From positions 62,001 to 126,000 of the forward strand of contig LVLI01000084.1 in the NCBI GenBank assembly GCA_001687465.1: a stretch of 64,000 nucleotides of DNA, written 5' to 3'. Below are positions 1-11,109 of this stretch, one piece after another. Numbering within the stretch: the stretch's first letter is position 1; each line of letters opens with the position of its first letter. The notes beneath the pieces were generated by a model. It was not told where the DNA came from. It ran no database searches and was given only the letters and a program-made list of their open reading frames with translations. This DNA is from Halocafeteria seosinensis. Its lineage: Eukaryota. The translations under genes and the position numbers were made by a program.

Positions 1-1828
1 CAAAGCGATCATTACTTCCCGTTTCCTTGTCTGGGTGATGAACTTGTGAAAGTCTGTGATACAACTTCCGACGTTGTTTAGGATCAGCGTGCCATGAAGT
101 AGCGTCGAGAACTCGGGAGAGCTCTTCCCAGTGGTAACTGATATCGGAATTGCTGCGGAGACGAGCAAGAGCAGGAAACTCACTATGAGCAGCAGAATTA
201 CGAACTAGTTCGTCAGCTGCCGAGATCGCTGAAATTAGCTTCTTTCCAGCATTAAGAGTAATTAATAGCACGGGGAGGGCTGCATCGTCAGGATCGCTTC
301 TTTCTACTGCAGCCGCTGGCACATGTATTAAACCAAGTTCATTGTTGACTACGATCATAGCAGCCGCTCCGGCAGTTCTGACATAGTGTTGTTTCTCGCC
401 AAAGGGACAGACTCCTCGAAGGACTACCACGAATGCATTCTCCGTTTCCTCCGGGTCGTTTTTCAAAGGTTCGCATGCTAATTGCGGATCACCGAGCACA
501 ATCCTCAGTGGATTCACAGGATATCTATCTCCAAACTCACCCCTCAAAAATTCATCCTCAATATCGAATTTCCAGTTGTCTGGATCTTCAGCCTCATCCT
601 CATCATCGTCTTCTGACATTGAAAGACGATGCGTTTCTCCATCTGCATCCTTCCAAATGAGATCTCCATTTTGATCCATCTCTACTTCTTCTGCATCCAG
701 CTCGTTCATACTTGAAGTCATATCTCCCTTAGTTGCCTGAAGTATAGCCCGGCGTTTATTCTCTTCAATACTGACTTTCTTTTCATATTCCTGTTTTCGT
801 GTTTGGGGAAGCTGAACTCGCAAGAGGCCAGAAGTAGAGTTTCCATCATCCTCTTCCTTCCGAGGATCTTCATCGACTTGGTCATCAGGATGCAGTGACT
901 TACAGTATTGACCATCTCTGGGGATTCTTGCAGCAAGTTCACCGGAGTCCTGCTGAAGCTCCGCAAGAATCTTTAGTGCTTCACTTCCTACCATGACCAC
1001 AGGAAGGTCAATATCCTGAGTTTCTGTTTCCGTTAGCGGCATTCTGAAAGGTTCACCAAAATCGTTTACGACGATCACTCCTAAAGCAATCTGGGATTGC
1101 GCGATGAGTGCTTTGTCACTAAACGAGCATGTCCCCCGTTGGACTACAACAAAACTATTCGCCACTTCCTCCTGATTCTTGTATACACTGCAGCCATGAG
1201 GAGGGTCTGCTTGAACCAAAGGGGCTCTTTTACAGAATGCTGGCCCTCCAAACAAAGCTTTCACGTAGGGAATCGAAGTCACAGGATAGTCATCTTTGAC
1301 TATTTCTACCTTTCCGGTGGAACCGTCAATACGATTGGTTCCGTAGAGGAGATTCATCATAATCTCTGTCCTGTTTTCGCCATTTGGAGCTCGGAATGTT
1401 AAGGTCTTGGGAATATCAGCTTCGTGAATCATTTGAACGACATCCATTACCGGGAGTTCTTTGATGTCTTCACCATTCACAGCCACTAAAGCGTCTCCGG
1501 CTTTTAGCCATCCCTTTACTTCTCCTTGACCCATTTTCCCGTTTATTTTCGAAAACCCCACTATTTGTAACCTCTCATCAAACCGTATACCCAAAGGATC
1601 ATGAGAGAAAAATTCCACATTGAAAAGCCCTGCATCCAGTAATTCATCATCTTCATCGAATGCAGCGCGTCGTGTCATATCTCGTTGTGACAGGGAATTC
1701 GGCGGAGCGCCATGGCTTGGAGTGCAGCACAGGGAAGCTGATGTTGCCAGCCATGCCATTACTAGAATCCGTGTCCCAGAAAACGTTAGAATTGGGCATT
1801 GCTTCGTCTTGGCAGGAAATAGCGCCAT
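1..1828 (-). CDS. Secretory protein: signal peptide + PDZ + two PA (protease-associated) domains + C-terminal J-domain-like (HPD) segment; 3' end lies outside the window
   Basis: Hand translation from ATG 1828; the frame has no stop before base 1 (absent from the ORF track for that reason). Hydrophobic leader ILVMAWLATSASLCC. PDZ-like DPLGIRFDERLQIVGF...LKAGDALVAVNG. PA motifs FVVVQRGTCSFSDKA...GVIVVND and FVVVLRGVCPFGEKQ...AMIVVNN. Terminal RRKLYHRLSQVHHPDKETGSNDRF. Confidence 0.75.
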   Translation of the reverse strand, partial: MALFPAKTKQCPILTFSGTRILVMAWLATSASLCCTPSHGAPPNSLSQRDMTRRAAFDEDDELLDAGLFNVEFFSHDPLGIRFDERLQIVGFSKINGKMGQGEVKGWLKAGDALVAVNGEDIKELPVMDVVQMIHEADIPKTLTFRAPNGENRTEIMMNLLYGTNRIDGSTGKVEIVKDDYPVTSIPYVKALFGGPAFCKRAPLVQADPPHGCSVYKNQEEVANSFVVVQRGTCSFSDKALIAQSQIALGVIVVNDFGEPFRMPLTETETQDIDLPVVMVGSEALKILAELQQDSGELAARIPRDGQYCKSLHPDDQVDEDPRKEEDDGNSTSGLLRVQLPQTRKQEYEKKVSIEENKRRAILQATKGDMTSSMNELDAEEVEMDQNGDLIWKDADGETHRLSMSEDDDEDEAEDPDNWKFDIEDEFLRGEFGDRYPVNPLRIVLGDPQLACEPLKNDPEETENAFVVVLRGVCPFGEKQHYVRTAGAAAMIVVNNELGLIHVPAAAVERSDPDDAALPVLLITLNAGKKLISAISAADELVRNSAAHSEFPALARLRSNSDISYHWEELSRVLDATSWHADPKQRRKLYHRLSQVHHPDKETGSNDRF

Positions 1829-2737
1829 TCTGGATGAAATTCCAAGTATACAGTCACTTGATGCGTTTCACGCCTACTTCACAAGCCCCTCTTCGTGTCC
1901 CATTAGGGTGCAAAAGAGCCACTGTGTATACTGGACTACAATATTTTCAAATTATCTATCAGCGTAATTTGAAGCTCATAGTACAAGGGAGTAGAATATG
2001 TCTATACTGAAGAAACAGCACTGGTAGTAACAGTGGGCAGTTGGTTGAAGTTAGACAATTCAAATGAGGGGGGAATGACCAATGTCCGCGTCCTAAGCAC
2101 CCATGGCCTGGAATGAAATATGTGCGTATCAGAATCTGTACTACACGAGATGATTCCCGTGTTACCGTCTTCTCTGGTGCGCAGCAAAGGCGCTTGCGTA
2201 GAGAACAAGCTTGATGGACCAATCCATGATGGTGTTCATCTTTCCACTGCTTCACAAAGAGGAGGCGCTCAAAGGGTTCATTTATGTGTGTGTAATGGCC
2301 TATTTCCTTCCTGCAAAACCGGATGAAGTGTTGTACTTGTTATTAACTTGTCATGGCCCTCTAAATAGTTGGTCCACAACCCCAAGGTGCTCTGGAAGTC
2401 CCCGCTGCCATTGCTCATTGATCGACTCATACAGGTCTGTACTGTATTCGCCCAATACCTTGTTTCAATTGAATGGTGCGCTATCTTCTTCATCTGCTCT
2501 TGTTGACTTCCCGGTTTATGGTCCAGTTGCAAGTTGCAACTTGCGCGTTTCCAGTCGCAAGCCCTTGGGTCGCACTCCAGGGGCTCGCACGTTTAGCCTT
2601 GTATTCCATTGTGTGTACCGCCTGGACAATATACACCGGCGATGAGGGGTTGTTATGGCCCATTACTATTCTCATCTAGTACACACGAAGGGAGAGCGTA
2701 TTTCTGCATTCGTCAAACGAGGGAATAGACGGGAACT

Positions 2738-4982
2738 ATGGGACTTGGAGGCGCGAATCTCGGCAAGACCATGAAGGGTGGCGCCAAGAAGGGGAAAGAA
2801 GGCTCAGGTGGTGAAGCAGCCGCCCCTGCAGGGAGAATGGATGCTACTGTACTAGCTCAAGCACAGGTGGAAAGAGAAGCCGAATATTTGAAGAAATTAG
2901 CAGAGCATACGAAAAAAATGTTAAAGGTACGTTGAGCGACCCGCTCTTCAACTTTAAGGATTCAGAGTTCCTGCATGAACACTTGAAGTCCTGTATACTG
3001 TATACAATAATTAGAGAATAATGTCGTGCGACCTCTGCAGGAACGATTAGAAAAGGAAAAGGAGTACACTCGGGTCAACAAGAAAAAAATCGAAAACGCC
3101 TGGTTACGAATTATGCGCAAGACAAAAGTGGACGAGCTGAAGAAAGACTTAGAAATTATCGCACAAAATCATGAACGTGAAGTTGATAGACGAGATGCTA
3201 TCCTGCAAATGCTCGACAGAGATCTGGATGAAGCCGAAGAGCAGTATCAAACAGCCATTCGTGCCAACTTATTACATATGGACAAGTAAGCGTTCTTTGG
3301 TGGCCAGGTACAAGACTTAATCCACGTGGCTTCTGTTCCTCACCACGTCTGCAGACTGATTGAACTACAAGATTCCAGGCTAAATGCTTTGGAGACGGAA
3401 TTCGAGGAGCAGTTGCAGACTATTCAGGAGGAATATACCGAGGAACGGAAAGAAATTGAGGATAACGTAAGTGCAAAACCCAAGGTAAGGGGACTAAGTA
3501 ATGCTGATGGTTTAGTGGGAATGCAGCATGCCAAAGCGGTACACGAAATCACTGCCGTAATCAACACGATTAAGGAACAAGAAGAAAATAAGGCGGCTGT
3601 AGCCCGCAACAATTACGAAACTGCTAGAGAAGAATTGAGAAATCGAAGTATTGAGAGAATTCAAGAACTCAGTAGGACTTTGGATGACGAGATATCGGTA
3701 AGACCTCTAACTAGTAACAGCTGGAAGCGATATTGCTCATGTTTTGTTGTGTGTTCAGGAATTGGAGAGTGAGTTTGAACAAGCCCATCTGAATTATCTT
3801 CAAAATACCGACGCGAAAACTGAAGAATTCAAGAAATTGACCCTATGTGACCAGAAAGCTACCAAAGAAATTGAAAAGTATGTGAAGCGCTTCAACTCCC
3901 CCCAGCAGTCTTCTCTGATATTCCTTCTGTTTGCTTGACCCTACAGGAAAATGCGCGAAATCGACAAGTTACAGGCTCAGTTGGCTTCCTGGAGGGCGAA
4001 AATGAGTGCTAATTCTAGAGACTACAACGATCGCAATGAGTCCCTTGTAAAAGAACGAGATCACATGGCTTCCCATGTTAATGAGCTGAAGAAGCGCATG
4101 GAGAACCGGAGACAGACAGCGGTACGTCCATCAACTCATAATCTCCGTTAATGAGAACGTAATCCGTTTCAATGGTAGTTTGTGCAGAGTCAGCGTCTAT
4201 CTGAAATATCGAAGGCTGCGCAAGAATCGAAAAATAAAATTGGCGAAAACTTGAGGTTGGCTGAACGAATTTTGCAACTCTCGGAACGAAGCCGACAACT
4301 GATGAATGATGAAGAAAAAGTCATGCCTTTTTCCACGAACGAAAGCAATGATGAAGATCGTCCTTCATGGACCCGTGGGTTTAAAACTGTACAAGACAGC
4401 CCCGGTACCTTCGAAGTACAAAGAACAACAACAGGTTCGTCACATCGAGGACAATGGTCGAAATTGATGTCACCCACAGCTGAACGGTCGAGAGAACTTG
4501 CGGCTGATATTCGAGCTCGCACGGGAGAACAAGCGCCAGCACTGAGAAACATGCCGACGGATTCAGACGAAGACGAGGGTGCGCAACCGGCCCATATGCA
4601 CCCACTTCCGACCGAGACGGGAGAACAGAAGGAAGATGATTTGAATGTTGCAGAAGCGTTCGATAGTGGGCAAATAGAAGCCTTAGAAAACTTCCACCAG
4701 GTCTACAATCGCGCCTTAATGGATGAATTAACAATGGAAGCTGAGCGTGATCGCTTGCGACAGGAGAACCAGCAGTTACAGTATTTGGTACAGCATTATC
4801 TTGAGGGCGTACGAGTAAAAGAGGATACTGTAGATGATGATAATCCTTTGTTAGTGGTTAATGGACGAACAGGAACGGATCAGCTTCCTGTGAGGACCAC
4901 AGCCAGAGGTGGGTCTCCGGTGGCAGTGAATGCTGCCGAAACAGTCGGGAAGGCTAAGATGCACAGTACTCGCCGTGGTTAA
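2738..4982 (+). CDS. DRC2: Dynein regulatory complex subunit 2 (CCDC65/FAP250-like), spliced
   Basis: WLRIMRKTKVDELKKDLEIIAQNHEREVDRRDAILQMLDRDLDEAEEQYQ (NYD-SP28-type), RLAERILQLSERSR..EEKVMPF, C-terminal LENFHQVYNRA...ENQQLQYLVQHYLEG..NPLLVVN. The ORF pieces are joined by about six GT-AG introns (first 2927-3040). Confidence 0.88.
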
Positions 4983-5336
4983 GAGTCTAAGGCCATCCTA
5001 GAACGTGTTCGATGCCTGTAGTATGGTGCATTGTTCCATGGCCATTTAAGTGGCTCTTCCTGGAGCAAGTTTTGTAAAATATCACATACAGAGTCAGATA
5101 TGACATCGTGGCTGGAGTTGCGAATCCGATGGAATCACATCGGAATCACTTGAACCACACAATTAGCAATCCTAGAATACAATCTGACCATACTGCTCAC
5201 ATTGGCCCCACTTGTTAGAGCAATTGCACAAGTAACTGCAGATTTCCCCCCACAACGCTTCGCCGATTCCTGACTGACGGAGTGTATCGCGAAGTATCAA
5301 CTTCGCTGAACTTAAGTCTTAGGTTAACTCGAACTT

Positions 5337-5473
5337 GTCGCACTTCCCGTTCGCACTCCCGTCAAGAAGCGTGGGAGGTCACCCGCTGAGCCCTCGAAGA
5401 GTGGGAGAGTTCCCCAGTGAAAATGGAAAACCCCACGGCGCATACAAACTGCACACCGTACGTGAAGTGCGGC
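5337..5473. other. Candidate structured element (closed multi-hairpin fold), identity unknown
   Basis: GTCGCACTTC (5337-5346) pairs with GAAGTGCGGC (5464-5473) and encloses three or four short hairpins. No known RNA family motif recognised. Confidence 0.3.
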
Positions 5474-5639
5474 GTAGCCAGACTCTGGGAAGACTCTGGG
5501 GTCAAACTTCAACTTGAGTGTTATAGTGCTGTTGTATCACTTGTACGCTTCGTCTCTTGATTGTATGCGCACGAGCGTATATCGCCTTTGCTGTTCTTGT
5601 CTCTCTTTGTCTCTCTGGATTGTAGGTGGACCGCAGGAG

Positions 5640-8600
5640 ATGTCGTTGTCGGGGTTGGCGGACGCCCCGCCGTTAACGGCCAAGAAGTCGTCCTCGCGGC
5701 AGCAGAGAGCTTCGGATCGCTTATCCAGGGAAAGTCGGACCAAGTTCGATCTTGGCTTAGAAGATGACAACACCATTGGCGAAAGTGCAGCCGCGAGCAG
5801 AGCTTCAGCCGGGCATCGTACGAACCCCAATTCGCGTGGTTGGGATTGGGACGACGAGATGGAGGAAGAGGGAGACGCCGGAGGAGAATCGAGGGATCTC
5901 ACGCAGCAAGACGATGAATTGAGTGCCGGCGGGGACTCATTCGACGAAGCATTTGGTGCTCTCTTAGAAGCCACGCCGTCGAGTTCGTCCTCGTCCAAAC
6001 AAAAAAAGAGAAACCTTAAGGGTAGTAAAGGTAAGTCCTTCGACCAGCACACTAGTGGCGTTAGGAAGATGAGCTATCGTTCGAAACAAAACCTACGCTC
6101 ACGTGTTATGCTATCGGGATTACGTTCTATGTACTGTAAACGAGTACAGGAAAACGCTCGGGACAGCTGAAACGGAAAGATAAGGTATGTGCAGCTGTAA
6201 TACCATTGTCCAAAGGCATCTACAGGTAGTTTGCTGGGTGCTTGAGCTGTCGTTTCAGGATCATCAGGGCAAGGACAAGCCTCTGCGTTCGGCGTTGAAG
6301 AGTGATAAACAGTCTCATAAGTCAAAGTCTGTTTCATTTACGGGAGCTGAAGATGAGGAAGCCGGTTCAGCAACCCACCGAGGGACTTCCCGGAAAGAAG
6401 GTCATCGAACTACCCGAGACCCTGCAGCTGCAGCTGAGGATGCGTTGTCTTCATTGGATCCGAGCGTGGCAAAAACGGAAAGCAAGAAAAATGTGCAACC
6501 TAGTCGTGCAGGTATGGCAGAGTTATTGGCTTTTTGTTAGAACTGGCGAAAGGGAACTACACTTTGTCGTTTCTATTAACTGCAGACGACGAGGACTTTG
6601 AGAAGCTATTCTCTGCAGTTGGTTTGGAAGTAGAAGACGAGCCTGTAAAACGACGCGATTCGTCAAAGCAAAATGCTAAAGCTGTGTCGCATACAGGTTT
6701 ATCGGCTTCGACGACTAAATCCGTCATGGCTTACTCCGTGGCTTCATCTCCTTCTCGTTCGTCTCATCACGGCGAGGATGGACGTGAGGATACCAGCAGT
6801 TTGGGTGACAGTTGGGGAGATGAAGAACTTCCATTAATGGACGACGACTCTCCTCCCAAGAAAACCAAGGAAAGAAAAGCCGTATCTCCCGGCTTTCAAG
6901 ATTCGGATCAAAGAGGGACACACCACTCTGCTCCATCCGCAGCAAGAGACGAGGTCTCTACCCCGAGTTCGGGGCATGCAGATTCGAGTGTTTCCTCAAG
7001 AGGTGATAAGGATGCCAGTCAGTCACATGGCCGCTTGGTCGAATCATACCAAGGCGAGGCGGCTGGGCATGAAAACCGAGGAAGCTATGATAACAAGCAG
7101 GATTTTACGGACTCCAAGACTCAAGGGGCCCACCTTTCGCGTATGGAATATCGCGACCCAATTTCGTATGAACGACCGCCATACGACAGCAGTTCACAAG
7201 TAAACTCTATGAAGGAGTACTACGAAAACCACTTACGACAAATGAGGGAGAAAACAGATGCGCAAACCTATGAGATGCAACAAAAATTAGTTGAAGACTC
7301 GGAACGCAGCAGACAAGCTGCGGAATCTCGAATAGCAGCTGCTGAGGCAGAAGCAACTAAATTAAGGGCAACGATGGATTCCCGAATCAACGAGGCCGTA
7401 TCTCGGGCAAGAAAGGAAGAGCGAGAAGTGGCCGAATCAATGAAACAGCGGGCTGTAAGCGATGTTCGGGAAGAATATCGAGAAGAAATCAAAAGAATTC
7501 AACAACAGGCGGAAGAGGATATGGCGACGATAAAGCGCAGACATAATCAGGAGCTTGCTGAGATTCGGCGTCGTGGAGATGAAGCCAGCGCTCTGGGGGA
7601 TCTGGCTTCCAAATTAAGGACCGCAACATCTGAACTTGGGGATATACAAGCACGTCTAGACAGTGCAAGCCAAAGCGTCTCGTCCACCGCTAGCCGCCAC
7701 CTACAAGCTCGTGAGGAAGCTGCTCATAAGAGTGAAAAAAACGCACGCGATCAAGTTCAACAAATAAGCGAACAGGTATCACGACTGCAATCTCTTCTTT
7801 CTGCTTTCGAAGAAGGCAACAATGCCATACGGAATGGTCTAGAAACCGATAGGGCCAGATTGCAAAATGAAACAGAGTCGTTAAGGTCGCTCCAGGAAAC
7901 CTTTAAGGAAGGAATGAAGTCGATGCGGTCTACGGTTACTGAAGAAAGGGGTGCCATGCAACAACAGAGACGAGACATAGAACATGAAAGACAGAGGATT
8001 CTACGCGAAGCCGAGGAGGAACGAGAGGCCGCTACCGTTGCTCGTAAAGAAGCAGAGACAATGAAAGAAGAGGCCTACCGGTTCAAAGAAAACAAATTGA
8101 CAGAGATTAAGAAGGAATACGAACAATTGAGACCTGCGGCGAATGATTATTTAAAGAAGGTGCAGGAGGCTGCGAAGGAGAAGGCAGAAGTCTCTCAATC
8201 AAAGCAAGAGTTAGAACAGCAAAGAGAAGGTCTGGAGCAAAGGAAGAAAGAACTTGAGAAAGCGGAAAACCAATACCAGGAACGTGCGCGCAAACTCGAA
8301 AAAATGTCGAATGATATACAAAATGAAGCGAAGTACGTCAATGAGCAACGAGAGTATTCAGAGAAGATGCTCAATGAAGCGAAGGAAAAAGAACGGCAAG
8401 CACACCAAACGAGGCAGTACTACGAAGGCAAATGGAAAGAACTGGAACAGACAGCAAAATCCATCGAAAACGAAAAGAATAGCATTGCGAACGCACGGGT
8501 TTCTCTTGCTGAAGAGCAGCAGAAGTTTCACCAGGAAAGGGCGAACGCGACCAAGAGCTCCCTCCGTGTAAAGCAATTAGAGTTTGAATGGCAGAAGCGT

Positions 8601-9077
8601 TTGCTTCCAGAGGATAACGCCATGGAGGTGCCCAATGCAGGAAGCGTCCCGGAGCAGGAGCAAAAGCATGCACCTTCGTCAGATGCAGCTCTTCTGGCTC
8701 GTTATTCAACGAACCCTCAGGACGGAGAAGCTGTTGGCCGGCACGATGCGAAGACAAAAGCATGGCAACCGAACGACGTCCAAAGACAGGTTCAGGATTG
8801 GAACAATCGTGCTCAGACAAATCGCTCATATCTTCGTGACTCTATGATTGCAAGCTTAACGCATCGACCAGTTAACAGAGGCGAGCAGTCCCAGGGTGAT
8901 CACGGAGGCCTGTCCAATTATAGCCGTGTTGGTAATGAAAACTCCAAGCTGAACCAAACGATAGCGGGTTCTACCTATGCTTCATCACGGTATCGAGGAT
9001 ATGAGGACGCAAGGCACTCGACGTCCCGGTTAGGAGATACTACTTTTAAAACTCTCTCAACGCTGTCTACCGAGTGA
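5640..9077 (+). CDS. Long coiled-coil protein resembling Fas-binding factor 1 (FBF1/DYF-19, transition-fibre protein), spliced
   Basis: Disordered acidic/Ser N-terminus. GT-AG introns near 6031-6149, 6185-6259 and 6512-6585. The coiled coil (ALGDLASKL..ELGDIQARLD..RHLQAREE..SRLQSLL..ETDRARL..ARVSLAEEQ) follows the FBF1 C-terminal pattern as recalled. Confidence 0.55.
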
Positions 9078-9159
9078 TACGGTATAGGCCGCTGCTTATA
9101 GAGTTTTTGTATACATTCCAATGTCGTCCAACGTGGAACTACATCTAGTACATGTCAAT

Positions 9160-11109
9160 CTAGGATGTATTAGCTACAAAAAACACTTTCTCCGGTCGCT
9201 GATCTTCCGGAAGTGCCTCCAAAACGAACTTAAAGGAGCGAAAGATGCTATCTCTACTTACTAAGTGAATCGTTCTGCCTTTGAGCTCGCGTCTACCTGC
9301 CCTTGAAAACAGAATATAGGCTGCCCAGCAGTCTGCCTCGTCCTTGACACCTTCACTGGAGCGAATGACGGTGCCTAATGCAGGGCCACTGTACGCTGCC
9401 CCGCAGACCGAAACGATCTCCCAATGGTCTGGTTCACGGCACTTAACTTCGTTAAACACGTCAACGTTGTGAGCCATGTTGTCCAAGTCAATAATGACAA
9501 GGTTTTTCGCACTATAAGCGCCGGGCCGAGCAACTTTCTCGACTTCTTTCTTGTTTTGCGCCGTTTGCCCGTCGGCATGCGTATTCATATACGGCAATAT
9601 TTCGTGAGCGGTTTGTGAACCGGAAGATTGATTTTGGGTGGCTGCAGTTGCACTTGATGCCGCATTACTCTTATATGCTTCAATTGAGGTAGACCCAGCT
9701 CCATTGGTTGCACTGTTATGATTGTACGTCACAAGTTGTGAGCTGTTTTCGCTATCACTCGGTTTTGCGTCTTCAAGTTGCGGTAATCCACTATGACCAG
9801 CTTCTGACGTAGCTGGTTGAGTAGCCATTATAGGGTAATAGACAGGCTGCGAACCCCCACTTGGGAAAGCTTCCTCCACGTATCTGCCCACCAAACTTTT
9901 CAACTTTTCTCTTATAGTCTGTAGGGGAAAACTCTGGTATTGTGGGGGCATACGAGCTTTGACATTCACGGGCGTTGCTCCTCCTTCACAACAAGGTAGG
10001 AGCACCTCTGGAGGTATATCATCAGGGGTCGGAGCCGCCGTCGTGGCTCTTGCACGGAAGAAAGGGGGCTTGTGCCCCCACGGGTGAGCCATATCAACCA
10101 ACCCAACATCTCTCAATTCTCGGAGCATTTTCAAAATCTTCTTCTTGGAATACTGTGCATACTGCGGTGGCAGCTGGGGTTTCAGATCGTCGGCGCTAAT
10201 CCAGTCTTGACATAGAGAAAGAAGAACGTCGTCTGGGATTAGCATGGTTGACCTTGTTATTTGCTGTTGCACTGGGGCACCACCAGTGGTAGAATTCATT
10301 GCCATACTAGGAGGAACTATGTTGCGATCCAATTCTTGCCGCTCTTGAAACGAAAACGACTCCGTCTGTGAAGCACCAGCTGGTAGAGGCTGCTGAGGAG
10401 CCGGTGGTGCCTGTGGGCCTTGCATAATAGGAACAGTTTGGGCAGTTGGAGGGGCTTGCGAAACGGCGTAATAGGGATGACCCCCCGCATACATTGGTTC
10501 CCCCGGAGGCGCCCAAGGCTGGCCCCCTTGATAAGCATACTCCACTTGATACTGCGGTTGCGGGGCCATTTGCATCTGGGGGTAAGCTTCCATAGGCGGT
10601 CGAGATGGAGGCCCAACAGGCGGATAGCGTTCTGGTGGATATTCGTCTCGAGGGGGAGAACGAGGTTCTCTAACATATGGACGAGGACCTGTGTCCCTTC
10701 GACGGGGTGGTGGCTCAAATTCATCCGGTTCAGGGCTTTCAGTGCGTCTGTATCGTTTCTCGAGCCTCGGGTATTCTTCTTCCACTGGCTCTCTTCTTGG
10801 CCTCATAACTCCTCTATCATGTTCATCTGCCATTGTAGGACTATCCTCTTCGGAGTCTCTGTCAATGCTTCCTTCCTCCCGGTCTCGGCTGGCTCTGCGT
10901 CTCCGTTCCCGTCGTTCTGCAGCCGTGGTCGGTCTTCGACTAACTTCCTTTCTTCTTTCTCTCCGCCGTTCTTCTCGACTTTCCCCAGCGTACCGCTGAT
11001 TTTCCGGAGGAGCTTCGTCGTAATCATCTTCGAGAGCTCTTGGGGGAGCCCTCTTTCCACCGGGAGCTGGAGGTGGAGGAATTGGCATCTGGGAATAGCG
11101 CTTTTGCAT
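9160..11109 (-). CDS. R/E/P/Q-rich disordered N-terminus + two winged-helix (Z-alpha-like) repeats + C-terminal PIN/NYN-like nuclease domain
   Basis: Single ORF, likely ATG at 11109 (MQKRYSQMP). PIN motifs LVIIDLDN...KDEAD...IHLVSRDSIF. Repeats SADDL..SKKKILKMLRELRDVGLV..KPPFFR and TPVNV..PLQTIREKLKSLVGRYV..QPVYY. Confidence 0.7.
   Translation of the reverse strand: MQKRYSQMPIPPPPAPGGKRAPPRALEDDYDEAPPENQRYAGESREERRRERRKEVSRRPTTAAERRERRRRASRDREEGSIDRDSEEDSPTMADEHDRGVMRPRREPVEEEYPRLEKRYRRTESPEPDEFEPPPRRRDTGPRPYVREPRSPPRDEYPPERYPPVGPPSRPPMEAYPQMQMAPQPQYQVEYAYQGGQPWAPPGEPMYAGGHPYYAVSQAPPTAQTVPIMQGPQAPPAPQQPLPAGASQTESFSFQERQELDRNIVPPSMAMNSTTGGAPVQQQITRSTMLIPDDVLLSLCQDWISADDLKPQLPPQYAQYSKKKILKMLRELRDVGLVDMAHPWGHKPPFFRARATTAAPTPDDIPPEVLLPCCEGGATPVNVKARMPPQYQSFPLQTIREKLKSLVGRYVEEAFPSGGSQPVYYPIMATQPATSEAGHSGLPQLEDAKPSDSENSSQLVTYNHNSATNGAGSTSIEAYKSNAASSATAATQNQSSGSQTAHEILPYMNTHADGQTAQNKKEVEKVARPGAYSAKNLVIIDLDNMAHNVDVFNEVKCREPDHWEIVSVCGAAYSGPALGTVIRSSEGVKDEADCWAAYILFSRAGRRELKGRTIHLVSRDSIFRSFKFVLEALPEDQRPEKVFFVANTS

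Noticed and set aside
1860..2700. Short ORFs or a possible decayed gene between the PA-domain gene and DRC2
   Set aside because: Fragments look vaguely coding, but there is no recognisable motif or consistent splice model.
5400..5505. RNase MRP/P RNA (GAGAGTTCCCC...CTGGGG)
   Set aside because: The P4 register and CR-V consensus do not fit, and the spacing is too short.
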